64,000 nucleotides of DNA from the NCBI GenBank assembly GCA_963728915.1, contig CAVSLV010000004.1:224001-288000 (forward strand). Direction: 5' to 3'. Shown piece by piece: positions 51,166 to 62,166 of the stretch. Position 1 is the stretch's first letter. Every line of letters begins with the position of its first letter. This stretch comes from an uncultured Gemmatimonadales bacterium. Its GTDB lineage: Bacteria > Gemmatimonadota > Gemmatimonadetes > Gemmatimonadales > GWC2-71-9. Below the pieces are notes generated by a model, which saw nothing but the letters and a program-made list of their open reading frames with translations, ran no database searches and was not told the origin of the DNA. The position numbers and the translations under genes were made by a program.

Positions 51166-52658
51166 GCCGCTCGTCGCTTGCGCCGGGGGATCCATCCGAT
51201 CAGCCAGTCGGCCAGATCGGCGAGGTCGCCGCCCCTGGTGGAGCCGAACTCCCGATTGACCTTGAGCAGGCCAAGGACCCCCGCGACCAGCACGATCAGA
51301 TTGGGGAGCCACATGGCCAGGGCCGGGTTCATGATCCCCCGGTCTCCCAGGTTCTCGCCCACCGTCAGCCCGACATAGAACACCGCGAAGATCACCAGGC
51401 TCGCCCCGATCACCAGCCCCATCCCCCCGCGCGGGAATCGGAGGGCCAGCGCGATCCCGATCAGCACGAAGGTGGTGCAGGAGACGGCGAGCGAAAATTT
51501 CTTGTGGATCTCGACGGTGTACTGACGGATCCTCCCCATCGCCACCGCTTCCTGATCCCGGATGTCGGAGACCTCGCTCAGCGAGGCGGGGGGAAGGCGT
51601 AGCGGCACCAGCGCGGTATCCTGGGCGGCCGAAGCGGGGGAGGGAGGACCCTGGGCCGCCGCGGTGCCGGGCAGCAGCACCCGGCCGGTCCATCGTTCGA
51701 AGTTGCGCCACAGGGTCGCACAATGCGGAGGAATCCGTGCGGCGGCCGGTCGCGTGGTATCGGCAATTTCCGCGATGCGGAGAAGCGATCGGACCCCGTT
51801 TTCGGCGAGCGCTTCGCGATGACCGCGGGCCCGTACCCGATCCTGGCGATACTTCGCCACCCGGTCGACCATCTGGCAGGTAGTCATCTCCCGGTCGCCG
51901 GCCTCCACTTCTCCAAAACTCTGCTGGAAGGCGTTCTGGGCGTTTCGGACCGTGACCGTGTTGGTGGCGTACCGGGTCAGGTTGAGGCTGCCGGGCTCGC
52001 CGATCTGGTACTCATGGACCTCGCCGTGATAGAGACGAATGGAGAGGTCCCTCCCCTCGCGATCGAAGGTCATGAATCCGCTGTCGGCGTAGATGACCCG
52101 TCGTGCCGTGGGGGGACTCAGGTCGTAGATCACGATTTCCCGCATTCGCCCGGTGCCCGGCTCGATCCGGCTGGCCCGAAGGAAGTACTGCGACTGGGGC
52201 AGGTTGTTGATCACCTGCTCCTTGAGGATGAAGGTCGGCTTCTTCTGGGCGATGTCGCTCTGGAGGTTGAGCAGGCGGAGATTGCCGCGGGGAAGCACCT
52301 GGTCGATGAAGACGAAGTTCGCCGCCGTCATGATCAACCCGGCGGCCAGCACCGGCCGGAGCATCTGCCAGACGCTCACGCCGTTGGCCCGCATGGCGGT
52401 GAGCTCGCTGTCGGCGCCCATCTGGCTGAACCCGTACAGCACCGCGACCAGCACGGCCATCGGCAGGGTCAGGGCGACGATGAAGGGTATGAACAGAATG
52501 AGGACTTCGGCGATCACCCGGCCGGGCAGCCCTTTTCCCACCAGCTCGCCCAACCGGCGGGAGAGCTGGTTGAGCATGAGCATCGCGGTCTGGGCAATCC
52601 AGGCGAACAGAAACGGGGCCGCGAGATTGACGAGCAGATGCCTGCGGAGAAGACGCAT
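51162..52658 (-). CDS. lptF: LPS export permease LptF-like
   Basis: TLPMAVL, DSELTAMRANGVS, EIHKKFSL, MWLPN. Confidence 0.85.
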   Translation of the reverse strand: MRLLRRHLLVNLAAPFLFAWIAQTAMLMLNQLSRRLGELVGKGLPGRVIAEVLILFIPFIVALTLPMAVLVAVLYGFSQMGADSELTAMRANGVSVWQMLRPVLAAGLIMTAANFVFIDQVLPRGNLRLLNLQSDIAQKKPTFILKEQVINNLPQSQYFLRASRIEPGTGRMREIVIYDLSPPTARRVIYADSGFMTFDREGRDLSIRLYHGEVHEYQIGEPGSLNLTRYATNTVTVRNAQNAFQQSFGEVEAGDREMTTCQMVDRVAKYRQDRVRARGHREALAENGVRSLLRIAEIADTTRPAAARIPPHCATLWRNFERWTGRVLLPGTAAAQGPPSPASAAQDTALVPLRLPPASLSEVSDIRDQEAVAMGRIRQYTVEIHKKFSLAVSCTTFVLIGIALALRFPRGGMGLVIGASLVIFAVFYVGLTVGENLGDRGIMNPALAMWLPNLIVLVAGVLGLLKVNREFGSTRGGDLADLADWLIGWIPRRKRRAA

Positions 52659-52699
52659 CGCAACAAAGCTAGCTACCTTCCATGCCGACCAGAACCTCG

Positions 52700-53626
52700 A
52701 TGCCCACGATGCGCACCTATCTGCTCTCCGCCCTGCTCCTGGCGTCTCCGGGATGCGGCGAGACTCGTCCTCCCGCCTCCGAGTTCGACGGCGCGGCCGC
52801 CTACCGGTACGTCCAGGAGCAGCTCGGGTTCGGCCCCCGGATTCCGGGGCAGGAGGGCCATCGCCGGATGGCCGCCTGGCTGGACAGCCTGCTCCGGGCC
52901 CGGGCGGACAGTGTGGTCGCGCAGCGGTGGATTCACGTAACCCGCTCGGGCGATTCGCTCCCCCTGGTCAACTTCATCGCCCGGTTCAATCCGGCCGCGA
53001 CCACCCGGCTGCTCTTTCTGGCCCACTGGGATACCCGGCCTCACGCCGACAGTCCCGCGAGCCGCGACACGCTGGCGCCGGTCGTCGGGGCCAACGACGG
53101 CGCCTCGGGCGTGGCGGTCCTCCTGGGCATGGCGGATGCGCTCAAGGCTCGGCCTCCCACGATCGGGGTGGATCTCCTGTTCGTGGACGGGGAGGATTAC
53201 GGAGACTTCTCCGCCGACACCGACGTCCTGCTCGGGTCGCGCTACTACGCCGACCACCAGGTCGCCGGGCCCAAGCCGAAATTCGCCGTGCTCCTCGACA
53301 TGATCGGCGACAAGGACCTGAAGATCCCTCCCGAGTATTACTCCCAGACGGCGGCATCCGACGTCGTGGAGCTGGTCTGGAAGGTGGCCGAGCGGATGGG
53401 CTACAGCTCGGTCTTCGTCTCCAGCGATGGTCCGGTGCTGACCGACGATCACGTGCCGCTCCAGCAGGCGGGATTGCGGGCCATCGATGTCATCGATTTC
53501 ACCTACGGTCCCGACAACGGCTGGCACCACACCACCGAGGACACCATCGACAAGATCAGCGAGCGGAGCCTCAAGGCGGTGGGCGATGTGATGCTGGGGG
53601 TGGTGCGCACGGTCGGTTCGGGATAA
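52700..53626 (+). CDS. M28 family peptidase / glutaminyl-cyclase-like lipoprotein
   Basis: AHWDTRP, GANDGASG, DGED, LLDMIG, DDH, WHHTTED. Confidence 0.88.
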   Translation: MPTMRTYLLSALLLASPGCGETRPPASEFDGAAAYRYVQEQLGFGPRIPGQEGHRRMAAWLDSLLRARADSVVAQRWIHVTRSGDSLPLVNFIARFNPAATTRLLFLAHWDTRPHADSPASRDTLAPVVGANDGASGVAVLLGMADALKARPPTIGVDLLFVDGEDYGDFSADTDVLLGSRYYADHQVAGPKPKFAVLLDMIGDKDLKIPPEYYSQTAASDVVELVWKVAERMGYSSVFVSSDGPVLTDDHVPLQQAGLRAIDVIDFTYGPDNGWHHTTEDTIDKISERSLKAVGDVMLGVVRTVGSG

Positions 53627-53689
53627 TTCCAGCGCGGTCTGCATGAATGCGATCCGGCCTCCCTGACGGAACGCCGGTATCGTCGAAGG

Positions 53690-54337
53690 ATGCAGGAGAA
53701 ACACGCCGTGCTGCTGCTGGTCGGCCTCGCGGTAGCCGGTCATGCGGTCCGCTTAATCTTTACACCCTCGCAAACACCCCCCGGGCAGATTCTGGCGGAG
53801 CAGAAGGCAGGCGCCGGTCCGGCAGCTCACCGGGATCGTGCCATACGCCTTGCCAGGCCCCTTGGGCAGGCCGAAACCATCGACCTCAACACCGCTCCGG
53901 CAGAGGAGATAGCCCGCCTCCCCCGTATTGGCATGTCCCTAGCAAAGCGGATCGTGGAATACCGGATGGCTCATGGAGCCTTCCAGTCCCCGGGCGATCT
54001 GGAAAAGGTTGCTGGAGTGGGACCTGCGCTGGTAGGGCAGCTGACGGGAAAGGTGCGGTTCGGGGGGATAGTCCAGACTCCCCAACGAGCGGCCCCAATC
54101 GAACTAACTCAGCATGGGACAAGTACTTACGGTTCAAGCCCCAAGCTGGTTGACCTTAACTCAGCGACTCTCGCTGATCTCGTGTCCCTGCCGGGGATCG
54201 GGCCGGCGCGGGCACGGGCGATTCTGGCATATCGCCGAGACAAGGGGCCATTCGCCGCAGTGTCGGATCTTCGCGCGGTGCCTGGTCTGACGAGGTCGGT
54301 GGTGGCGAAAGTCTCCCCATTGGTCACGATTCGTTAG
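53690..54337 (+). CDS. comEA: ComEA-family helix-hairpin-helix DNA-binding protein (two HhH modules)
   Basis: IDLNTA...LPRIG...IVEYR and VDLNSA...LPGIGPARA...YR. Confidence 0.85.
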   Translation: MQEKHAVLLLVGLAVAGHAVRLIFTPSQTPPGQILAEQKAGAGPAAHRDRAIRLARPLGQAETIDLNTAPAEEIARLPRIGMSLAKRIVEYRMAHGAFQSPGDLEKVAGVGPALVGQLTGKVRFGGIVQTPQRAAPIELTQHGTSTYGSSPKLVDLNSATLADLVSLPGIGPARARAILAYRRDKGPFAAVSDLRAVPGLTRSVVAKVSPLVTIR

Positions 54338-54387
54338 GTGGTGATCGAGGGGAAGTAACGGACAAGTCACGCGAATCAGGAGCAAGG

Positions 54388-56106
54388 ATGCCGGCTGTCG
54401 CTGTCCCCGCTGAACGCTTGGGCGACCTTCTCGTCAGTGAAGGGTTGCTCACCCGGGATATGCTGCAACAGGCCCTCGCCGAGCATCGCTCGTCCGGCAT
54501 GCCCCTCGGCTTCGTGGTGGCCAAGCAGGGCCTGGTTCCCGAAGTGGAAGTGACTCGGCTGGTCGCGCGGCAGCTCCGGGTTCCCGCGGTTGACCTCTCG
54601 CGCTTCGAGGCCGACCAGCGGCTCCTCAAACTGATCCCCGCCGACATGGCGCGGCGTGAGCTCATTCTCCCGCTCAAGCGGGATGGACGGACTCTCACGG
54701 TCGCGATGGCGAATCCGACCGACCAGATCCTCCTCCAGGAGCTCCGGTTCATCACCCGGTTCGACCTGTTCCCGGTGTTCGCCGGCGAGTTGACCCTGCG
54801 GAACCTGATCGACCGGCACTACCAGGGGAACGAGCAGCAGCTCCAGTCCATCCTGAAGGACATGGAGGGGCTGAGCGAGGACGTCGAGGTCGTGGAGGAG
54901 GACCAGGACGAAGGCCCCGAGGCCGCCGCGATCGACGATGCCCCGGTGGTCAAGCTGATCAACGGGCTCCTGACCGATGCAGTGCGGCGGGGCGCGAGCG
55001 ACATCCACATCGAGTCGTTCGAGCACGAGATCCGGGTCCGCTACCGGGTGGACGGGGTGCTCCAGGAAATCATGAAGCCGCCGCTCCGGCTCAAGGCCGC
55101 CCTGATCTCCCGGGTCAAGATTCTCTCCCAGCTCAACATCGCCGAACGTCGGGTTCCCCAGGACGGCCGGCTCAAGCTCAAGATGGGCAATCGGGTGGTC
55201 GATTTCCGGGTCTCCACGCTGCCGTGTCTGTTCGGCGAGAAGGTGGTGCTCCGGATCCTCGACAAGGGCAACCTGGCGCTCGATCTCACTTCGTTCGGAC
55301 TCGAGTCCAGATCGGAACAGGACCTCATCCGGGCGATTCTCAATCCCTACGGGATGGTGCTGGTCACCGGCCCGACCGGATCGGGCAAGACGACGACGCT
55401 CTATTCCGCGCTTCAGCGGATCAACACCGTCGAAACGAACATCATGACGGCGGAAGATCCCGTCGAATACAACCTGCACGGGATCAACCAGGTCCAGGTG
55501 AACAACGACATCGGGCTCAGCTTCGCGACCGCCCTGCGGGCGTTCCTGCGGCAGGACCCGAACGTGATCATGATCGGCGAAATCCGGGACCTGGAAACGG
55601 GCAGCATTGCGGTGAAGGCCGCGCTGACCGGGCACCTGGTCCTTTCCACGCTGCACACCAACGATGCCCCGAGCACCATCACCCGAATGCTGGACATGGG
55701 GGTCGAAGCGTTCAACGTGTCGGCGGCGGTAAACCTCGTGGTGGCCCAGCGGCTGGTCCGGCGCATTTGCGGCGAGTGCCGCGCCCCGGCCCGGTATCCC
55801 CGCGAGGAGCTGCAGGCGCTGGTGGGGCCGGGCGTCGGCCTCGAGGAGATCGCAGGCATGCCGATGATGAAGGGCAAAGGCTGTGATGCCTGCGGTGGCA
55901 CCGGGTATCGGGGCCGCGCCGGCCTGTTCGAAGTCATGGCGATCTCTCCCGAGCTCCGGCGGATGATTCTCCGGAATGCGTCGGTGGCCGAGCTCAGGGA
56001 TCAGGCGGTGCGGGAGGGGATGCTCACCCTCCGCGCCCATGGAATGCTCAAGTTGCAGCAGGGTGTGACCACTCTCGAAGAAGTGATCAAGGAGACGGCG
56101 GCATGA
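54388..56106 (+). CDS. pilB: type IV pilus assembly ATPase
   Basis: RLGDLLV (MshEN-like), ASDIH, GPTGSGKTT, LRQDP, CxxC pairs. Confidence 0.93.
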   Translation: MPAVAVPAERLGDLLVSEGLLTRDMLQQALAEHRSSGMPLGFVVAKQGLVPEVEVTRLVARQLRVPAVDLSRFEADQRLLKLIPADMARRELILPLKRDGRTLTVAMANPTDQILLQELRFITRFDLFPVFAGELTLRNLIDRHYQGNEQQLQSILKDMEGLSEDVEVVEEDQDEGPEAAAIDDAPVVKLINGLLTDAVRRGASDIHIESFEHEIRVRYRVDGVLQEIMKPPLRLKAALISRVKILSQLNIAERRVPQDGRLKLKMGNRVVDFRVSTLPCLFGEKVVLRILDKGNLALDLTSFGLESRSEQDLIRAILNPYGMVLVTGPTGSGKTTTLYSALQRINTVETNIMTAEDPVEYNLHGINQVQVNNDIGLSFATALRAFLRQDPNVIMIGEIRDLETGSIAVKAALTGHLVLSTLHTNDAPSTITRMLDMGVEAFNVSAAVNLVVAQRLVRRICGECRAPARYPREELQALVGPGVGLEEIAGMPMMKGKGCDACGGTGYRGRAGLFEVMAISPELRRMILRNASVAELRDQAVREGMLTLRAHGMLKLQQGVTTLEEVIKETAA

Positions 56107-57230
56107 ACCTGAACCTGCGGACCCTGTTGCAGGAGATGATCGACCGGGAGGCGTCCGACCTCCACATCACGGTCGGGGAGCGTCCCAAGCTCCGGATCGA
56201 CGGGCAGATCACGGACGCCTCGTCCGAGGAAGTCCTCACCCCCAAGGACACGCTGACCCTGGCCTATTCGGTGCTGACCGAAAACCAGAAGAAGCGGTTC
56301 GAGCTCGAGGACGAGCTGGACTTCTCGTTCGGGCTGGAGAACCTGGCCCGGTTCCGGGGCAACGTCTTCAAGCAGCGCGGCTGCGTGGCCTTGGTGCTCC
56401 GGATGATTCCCTTCAGCGTGCGGACCCTGGATGATCTGGGGCTGCCGCCGATCGCCCGGAAACTGATGGAACGCCCCCGCGGGCTGGTGCTGGTCACCGG
56501 CCCAACCGGGTCGGGCAAGTCCACCTCGCTCGCCGCGATGGTGGACCTGCTCAACAAGAACCGGCGCGGTCACATCATCACCGTGGAAGATCCCATCGAG
56601 TTCATCCATCGGCACCAGGGATGCCTGGTGAATCAGCGGGAAATCGGCACCGACACCAAGAGCTTCGCCACCGCGCTCAAGTACGTGCTGCGGGAAGACC
56701 CCGACATCATTCTGGTGGGCGAGATGCGCGATCTGGAGACCATCGCCGCGGCGCTCACCATCGCGGAAACCGGGCACCTGGTCCTGGGCACCCTGCACAC
56801 CAACTCCGCCGCCGAATCGATCAACCGGATGGTGGACGTGTTTCCGGCCAACCAGCAGCCCCAGATCCGGGCCCAGCTGGCCTTCGTGCTCGAAGGCATC
56901 CTGACCCAGATGTTGTTGCAGCGGGCCAACGGGAAGGGAAGGGCGCTTGCGATGGAGATCATCGTCGCCACGCCCGCCATCCGGGCCCTGATCCGGGACG
57001 ACAAGATTCACCAGATCTACTCCTCGATCCAGGCCGGCAAGAAACACGGCATGCAGACCATGACCGACTCGCTGTACCAGCTCTACATGAACCGGATGGT
57101 GTCCCGCGAGGAGTGTCTGCGAGCGGCCACCGACCAGAACGAGTTTCTCCGGGCGATTGGCGAGAAGCCCCTGGAGGATATGGCGATCTCCCCGGCGAGC
57201 AAGTCGGCGCAGCCGGCCGGCAGGCGTTAA
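56103..57230 (+). CDS. pilT: type IV pilus retraction ATPase
   Basis: ASDLH, GPTGSGKST, EDPIEF, AIRALIR, GMQT. Confidence 0.95.
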   Translation: MNLNLRTLLQEMIDREASDLHITVGERPKLRIDGQITDASSEEVLTPKDTLTLAYSVLTENQKKRFELEDELDFSFGLENLARFRGNVFKQRGCVALVLRMIPFSVRTLDDLGLPPIARKLMERPRGLVLVTGPTGSGKSTSLAAMVDLLNKNRRGHIITVEDPIEFIHRHQGCLVNQREIGTDTKSFATALKYVLREDPDIILVGEMRDLETIAAALTIAETGHLVLGTLHTNSAAESINRMVDVFPANQQPQIRAQLAFVLEGILTQMLLQRANGKGRALAMEIIVATPAIRALIRDDKIHQIYSSIQAGKKHGMQTMTDSLYQLYMNRMVSREECLRAATDQNEFLRAIGEKPLEDMAISPASKSAQPAGRR

Positions 57231-57248
57231 CCCGCAAGGACAACGACG

Positions 57249-58455
57249 ATGGGACTCTTCGAATACACCGCCAAGAATTCGACCAGCGGGCAGATCATGC
57301 GGGGGATTCTCGATGTCCCCACCCGCGAGGAAGTCATCGCCTTCATCCGCAAGAACCGGATGATCCTGGTCAGTGTCCGCGAGGCGCCGACCCAGATCAA
57401 GCTGCCGGCCTTCCGGAAAGGGGTGAGCACCCGCGACGTGGTGATCTTCACCCGGCAGTTCGCCACCATGATCAACGCGGGGCTGCCCCTGGTCCAGGCG
57501 CTCAACATTCTGGCCCAGCAGACCGAGAACAAGACCCTGAAGGAGATCGTCCGCACGGTGGTCTACGACGTCGAGGCGGGCAATACCCTCGCGGACTCGC
57601 TGCGGAAGCACCCCAAGGCCTTCACCGATCTGTACGTGAACATGGTCGCCGCGGGCGAGGCGGGCGGCATCCTGGACACCATTCTCAACCGGCTGGCCGG
57701 CTTCCTCGAGAAGAACGACGCCCTGGTGCGGAAGGTCAAAGGGGCGATGGTCTACCCGGCGGTCATCTGCAGCGTGGCGGTGATCGCGGTCGCGGTGCTG
57801 CTCATCGCGGTGATCCCGACCTTCGCGTCGATGTTCGCCTCGGTGAACATGGAGCTGCCGCTCCCCACCCGGATCGTGATGGGGGCGTCTTCGTTTCTGA
57901 TCCACTTCTGGTGGGCCCTGATCGGATTCTTCGTGGTGACTCTCCTTGGCTTCCGGGCCTACTACCGCACTCCGGACGGCCGGAAGGTGGTGGACGGGGC
58001 GCTGCTGCGGTCTCCCGTCCTGGGCGACCTGCTGCGCAAGTCGGCGGTGTCCCGCTTCACCCGGACCCTGGGGACCCTGGTGTCCTCGGGCGTCTCGATC
58101 CTGGACGGCCTGGAAATCACCGCCCGCACCGCGGGGAACCGCGTCATCCACGATGCGATCATGTCCTCCCGGCATTCGATCGCGGGCGGTGAGACCATCG
58201 CCGGGCCCGCTCCAGACCTCCGGGGTGTTCCCGCCGATGGTGATCTCCATGATCTCGGTGGGCGAGCAGACCGGCGGCCTCGACACCATGCTGACCAAGA
58301 TCGCCGATTTCTACGACGCGGAAGTCGACGTCGCGGTGAGTGCCTTGCTCTCGCTGATGGAACCGATCATGATCGTGGTGCTGGGTTGCATCGTCGGCGG
58401 CATGGTGGTCGCGATGTACCTGCCGATCTTCGACATGGTGAATACGGTGCAGTAA
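57249..58455 (+). CDS. pilC: type IV pilus platform protein (apparent frameshift near 58207)
   Basis: FTRQFATMINAG, AGEAGG, YP; C-terminus (GEQTGGLD...MEP...AMYLPIF) is in a different frame. Confidence 0.9.
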
Positions 58456-58456
58456 G

Positions 58457-58504
58457 GGCGGACAGGCGGACAGGCGGACAGGCGGACAGTCGGACAGTCG
58501 GACA
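58457..58504. repeat. octamer tandem repeat G(G/T)CGGACA x6
   Basis: ggcggaca x4 followed by gtcggaca x2. Confidence 0.92.
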
Positions 58505-58542
58505 GTGGGGTCGGGGCGAATGCCCCGGCCCCACTGTGTTTT
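58502..58542 (+). terminator. intrinsic terminator after pilC
   Basis: ACAGTGGGGTCGGGGC-GAAT-GCCCCGGCCCCACTGT followed by GTTTT. Confidence 0.75.
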
Positions 58543-58587
58543 CCAGCACCTTGGGGGCGGTCCCTAGGAGGAGGGAGGGAGGCTCCA

Positions 58588-59694
58588 ATGCGCTGGTCGG
58601 TACGGTTGGGCACGTTCGCGGGGATCAAGGTGTACGTACACCTCACCTTTCTGATCCTGCTGGCCTGGGTCGGTTTCGCCACCTGGCAGGCCAACCGGAG
58701 TGCCGGCGCGGTGGTCGAGGATCTCGCCTTCGTCGTGGCCCTGTTTGCCTGCGTGGTGCTGCACGAGTATGGCCATGCGCTCACCGCCCGCCGCTTCGGC
58801 ATCCCGACCCGGGACATTACCCTGCTCCCGATCGGCGGCGTCTCCCGGCTGGAGCGGATGCCGGACGACCCGAAGCAGGAGCTGCTGGTGGCCGCGATGG
58901 GACCGGTGGTGAGCGTCGCGATCGCCGGCGTACTGTTCCTGGTGCTTCAGGCCACCGGAAGCTGGGGGGGATTCACCGCGCTTTCCCTCCTGCAGGGCCC
59001 TTTCCTGCAGCGGCTCTTCGGAGTCAACCTCCTCCTCGCCGCGTTCAACCTCCTGCCGGCGTTTCCCATGGACGGGGGACGGGTCCTGCGCGGCTTCCTC
59101 GCGCTGCGCATGGACTATCTCCGCGCCACCCAGGTGGCGGCCCACCTGGGTCAGGGATTCGCGTTGCTGTTCGGTCTGGTGGGTCTCTTCTACAACCCGT
59201 TTCTGATTTTCATCGCTCTGTTCGTCTGGATCGGCGCGGCCCAGGAGGCCAGCCTGACCCAGATGAAGACCGCGCTCTCCGGCATTCCGCTGGCGCGGGC
59301 CATGATCACCAGATTTCGGACGCTCTCCCCGCACGACTCCCTCGGCGATGCGGCAGATCTGCTTCTGGAGGGAAGCCAGCAGGATTTTCCCGTGGTGGAG
59401 AACGGAAAGCTCGAAGGCCTCCTCTGCCGCGCCGACCTGTTCAAGGGCCTCAGCCGGGCGGGAAGGAGCGGCCGGGTGGCCGATGCGATGCGCCGCGAGG
59501 TTCCCACCGCGGACGCCTCGGAGATGATCGAGGTCGCCTTCACCCGGATTCAGGGGAAGGATGGCGCCACCCTTCCAGTCCTCCGGAAAGGCGAGCTGGT
59601 GGGACTGCTGACCCTCGACAACGTCGGTGAGCTGGTCAGTGTGCGGACGGCCCTCGCCTCGGTGACCCCGCCCGAGCCGGTGCATCACACCTAA
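58588..59694 (+). CDS. site-2 protease (M50) with CBS domains
   Basis: HEYGH, FNLLPAFPMDGGR, C-terminal CBS pair. Confidence 0.93.
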   Translation: MRWSVRLGTFAGIKVYVHLTFLILLAWVGFATWQANRSAGAVVEDLAFVVALFACVVLHEYGHALTARRFGIPTRDITLLPIGGVSRLERMPDDPKQELLVAAMGPVVSVAIAGVLFLVLQATGSWGGFTALSLLQGPFLQRLFGVNLLLAAFNLLPAFPMDGGRVLRGFLALRMDYLRATQVAAHLGQGFALLFGLVGLFYNPFLIFIALFVWIGAAQEASLTQMKTALSGIPLARAMITRFRTLSPHDSLGDAADLLLEGSQQDFPVVENGKLEGLLCRADLFKGLSRAGRSGRVADAMRREVPTADASEMIEVAFTRIQGKDGATLPVLRKGELVGLLTLDNVGELVSVRTALASVTPPEPVHHT

Positions 59695-59756
59695 CCCGGC
59701 CCCCGATCGCCGAACCGGTTGCTGTTCCGGGGTCCCTTCTGGCCCCGCCAGGCGTC

Positions 59757-59784
59757 TTGTCTGGATAGGGGGAGGGGGTATATT
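59757..59784 (+). promoter_or_regulatory. copA promoter with putative CsoR operator
   Basis: TTGTCT-N16-TATATT overlapping ATAGGGGGAGGGGGTAT, a G-tract site flanked by ATA/TAT as in CsoR operators. Confidence 0.6.
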
Positions 59785-59790
59785 AAGGCC

Positions 59791-62163
59791 ATGAAACCTC
59801 TTCCTCAACTCGAGGTTCCTGCCCAGGTCGACCCGGTTTGCGGGATGAAGGTGCCGGTCACCTCGCCCCATCGCCACATCCATGACGGCGAGGAGTTCGT
59901 ATTCTGCTGTGCGGGCTGCCTTGCAAAATTCCGGGCCGATCCGGAGAAGTACCTCAGGGGGATCAGAGAGGTCGGAGAGGTCGGAGAGGTCGGAGAGGTC
60001 GGAGGGGTCGGGGGGGAGAGAGGCCGCGGACCATCCGACCCTCAGCCCGTCCGACCCTCCGAGTACACCTGTCCCATGCACCCGGAGGTGGTGCAGTCCG
60101 GACCGGGGACGTGTCCGATCTGCGGCATGGCGCTCGAGCCCACCGGGCTTCCGTCGCGAGCAGAAGGGCCCGACCCGGAGCTGGTGGAGATGTCGCGGCG
60201 ATTCTGGATCGCGCTGGGGTTCGCCGTGCCGGTCGTGGTGCTCGCGATGGGCCACCTGCTGCCCGGCGATCCGATCGGAAGGTTGCTCCCTCCCGCCGCG
60301 AGAACCCTGGTCGAGCTGGCGCTCGCGGTTCCGGTGTGTACCTGGGCCGCCTGGCCCTTCTATCTCCGCGCGGTCGAGTCGGTCCGTCGCGGCGCCCTCA
60401 ACATGTTCACCCTGATCGGGATCGGGGTGTCGGTCGCCTTCGGCTACAGTGTGGTCGCCGCGCTCTTCCCGGCGGTTTTTCCCGAGGGGTTTCGCGATCA
60501 CGGCGTGGTGCCGGTGTATTTCGAGCCCGCGGTGGTCATCGTCACCCTGATTCTCCTGGGGCAGGTGCTCGAGCTCCGGGCTCGCCGGGCAACTCGATCG
60601 GCGTTACATGCCCTGCTCGATCTCGCCCCGCCGATGGCCCGCCGGGTTTCTCCCGGTGGGGAAGCCGAGGTTCCCCTCAGCGAGATCCGGGTCGGCGACC
60701 GGTTGCGAGTCCGGCCGGGGGAGCGGGTCCCGGTGGATGGCGTCGTGCTGGAGGGGTCACCCGCGGTGGACGAATCCATGGTTACCGGTGAGCCGCTGCC
60801 GGTGGAGAAGCGTCCCGATGATCCGGTCATCGGCGGGACGATCAACCGGACCGGCGGGTTCCTCATGGAAGCGCGACGGGTCGGGAATGAAACGCTGCTG
60901 GCGAGAATCGTGGCGCGGGTGGCGGAGGCGCAGCGGAGCCGGGCGCCCATTCAGAAGCTGGCGGATCGGGTCTCGGGTTTCTTCGTCCCGGCCGTGATCG
61001 TGGCGGCCGTCATCACCTTCGGAGTGTGGGCGGTCTTGGGGCCGGCGCCGAGGCTTGCCCACGCGCTCGTGAACGCGGTCGCCGTCCTCATCATCGCCTG
61101 TCCCTGCGCGCTGGGCCTGGCCACCCCGATGTCCATCATGGTATCCATGGGGCGGGCGGCCGGGCAGGGGATCCTGTTCCGGGATGCCGAGGCCATCGAA
61201 CGGCTGCGAGAGGTGGACACGCTGGTGGTGGACAAGACCGGCACCCTGACCGAGGGGAGGCCCCGGGTCGGGGCGGTCGAGCCGGCCTCCGGGTTCGACG
61301 CCGGGAGCGTGTTAGGGTTGGCGGCCGCCGTCGAGCAGGGCAGCGAGCATCCCCTGGCGCCGGCCATTCTGACCGCGGCCGCCGAGCGCGGGATCTCCCC
61401 CCGCCCGGCCACCGGGTTGAAGAGCGTACCCGGCAAAGGGGTCCGGGCCATGGTCGATCGAGAGACCGTCGTGCTCGGAACCGCCCGATTCATGGAGGAA
61501 TCCGGGGTGGATTGCGCCCCGCTTCAGGGGCGCGCAGCGGCGTTGCGGGAGGCCGGTCAGACCGTGGTGCTGGTGGCGATCGGGAATCGTCTGGCCGGCC
61601 TGCTGGGCATCAGTGACACGGTGAAGCGCGATTCCGCCGAGGCGCTCGCCTCGCTTCGCGGGGAAGGCATTCGCCTGGTGATGGTGACCGGAGACAGCTC
61701 CGCGACCGCGCGGTCGGTGGCCGGCGCGCTGGGAATCACCGAGATCCTGGCGGAAGTCCTGCCCGAGGAGAAAGCCGAGCTGGTGAAGCGGCTCCAGGCG
61801 GAGGGCCGGGTGGTGGCGGTGGCCGGCGACGGAATCAACGACGCCCCGGCCCTGGCGCAGGCGGATGTCGGCATCGCGATGGGGTCCGGGACCGACGTCG
61901 CGAAGGAGACCGCCGGCGTGACGCTGGTGCGGGGCGACCTGCGTGGGATCGCGGCGGCGCGCCGCCTGTCTCATCGCACCATGACCAACATCCGGCAGAA
62001 TCTCTGGTTTGCCTTCGGCTACAACTCGCTCGGTGTGCCGGTGGCCGCGGGTCTGCTCTACCCCTTCTTCGGGCTCCTGCTCTCTCCGGTCATGGCCGCG
62101 GCCGCGATGAGCCTCAGCTCCGTGTCGGTGATTTCCAACGCCCTGCGGCTCCGGAGGGCCTGA
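59791..62163 (+). CDS. copA: Cu(I)-translocating P1B ATPase with YHS and CPMHP metal-binding domains
   Basis: [38 protein letters not shown] and MxxSS. Confidence 0.93.
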   Translation: MKPLPQLEVPAQVDPVCGMKVPVTSPHRHIHDGEEFVFCCAGCLAKFRADPEKYLRGIREVGEVGEVGEVGGVGGERGRGPSDPQPVRPSEYTCPMHPEVVQSGPGTCPICGMALEPTGLPSRAEGPDPELVEMSRRFWIALGFAVPVVVLAMGHLLPGDPIGRLLPPAARTLVELALAVPVCTWAAWPFYLRAVESVRRGALNMFTLIGIGVSVAFGYSVVAALFPAVFPEGFRDHGVVPVYFEPAVVIVTLILLGQVLELRARRATRSALHALLDLAPPMARRVSPGGEAEVPLSEIRVGDRLRVRPGERVPVDGVVLEGSPAVDESMVTGEPLPVEKRPDDPVIGGTINRTGGFLMEARRVGNETLLARIVARVAEAQRSRAPIQKLADRVSGFFVPAVIVAAVITFGVWAVLGPAPRLAHALVNAVAVLIIACPCALGLATPMSIMVSMGRAAGQGILFRDAEAIERLREVDTLVVDKTGTLTEGRPRVGAVEPASGFDAGSVLGLAAAVEQGSEHPLAPAILTAAAERGISPRPATGLKSVPGKGVRAMVDRETVVLGTARFMEESGVDCAPLQGRAAALREAGQTVVLVAIGNRLAGLLGISDTVKRDSAEALASLRGEGIRLVMVTGDSSATARSVAGALGITEILAEVLPEEKAELVKRLQAEGRVVAVAGDGINDAPALAQADVGIAMGSGTDVAKETAGVTLVRGDLRGIAAARRLSHRTMTNIRQNLWFAFGYNSLGVPVAAGLLYPFFGLLLSPVMAAAAMSLSSVSVISNALRLRRA

Positions 62164-62166
62164 GGC

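Noticed and set aside
57249..59630. 793-aa PilC fusion protein in the ORF track
   Set aside because: Product of the frameshift near 58207; the true C-terminus is in another frame ending at 58455.
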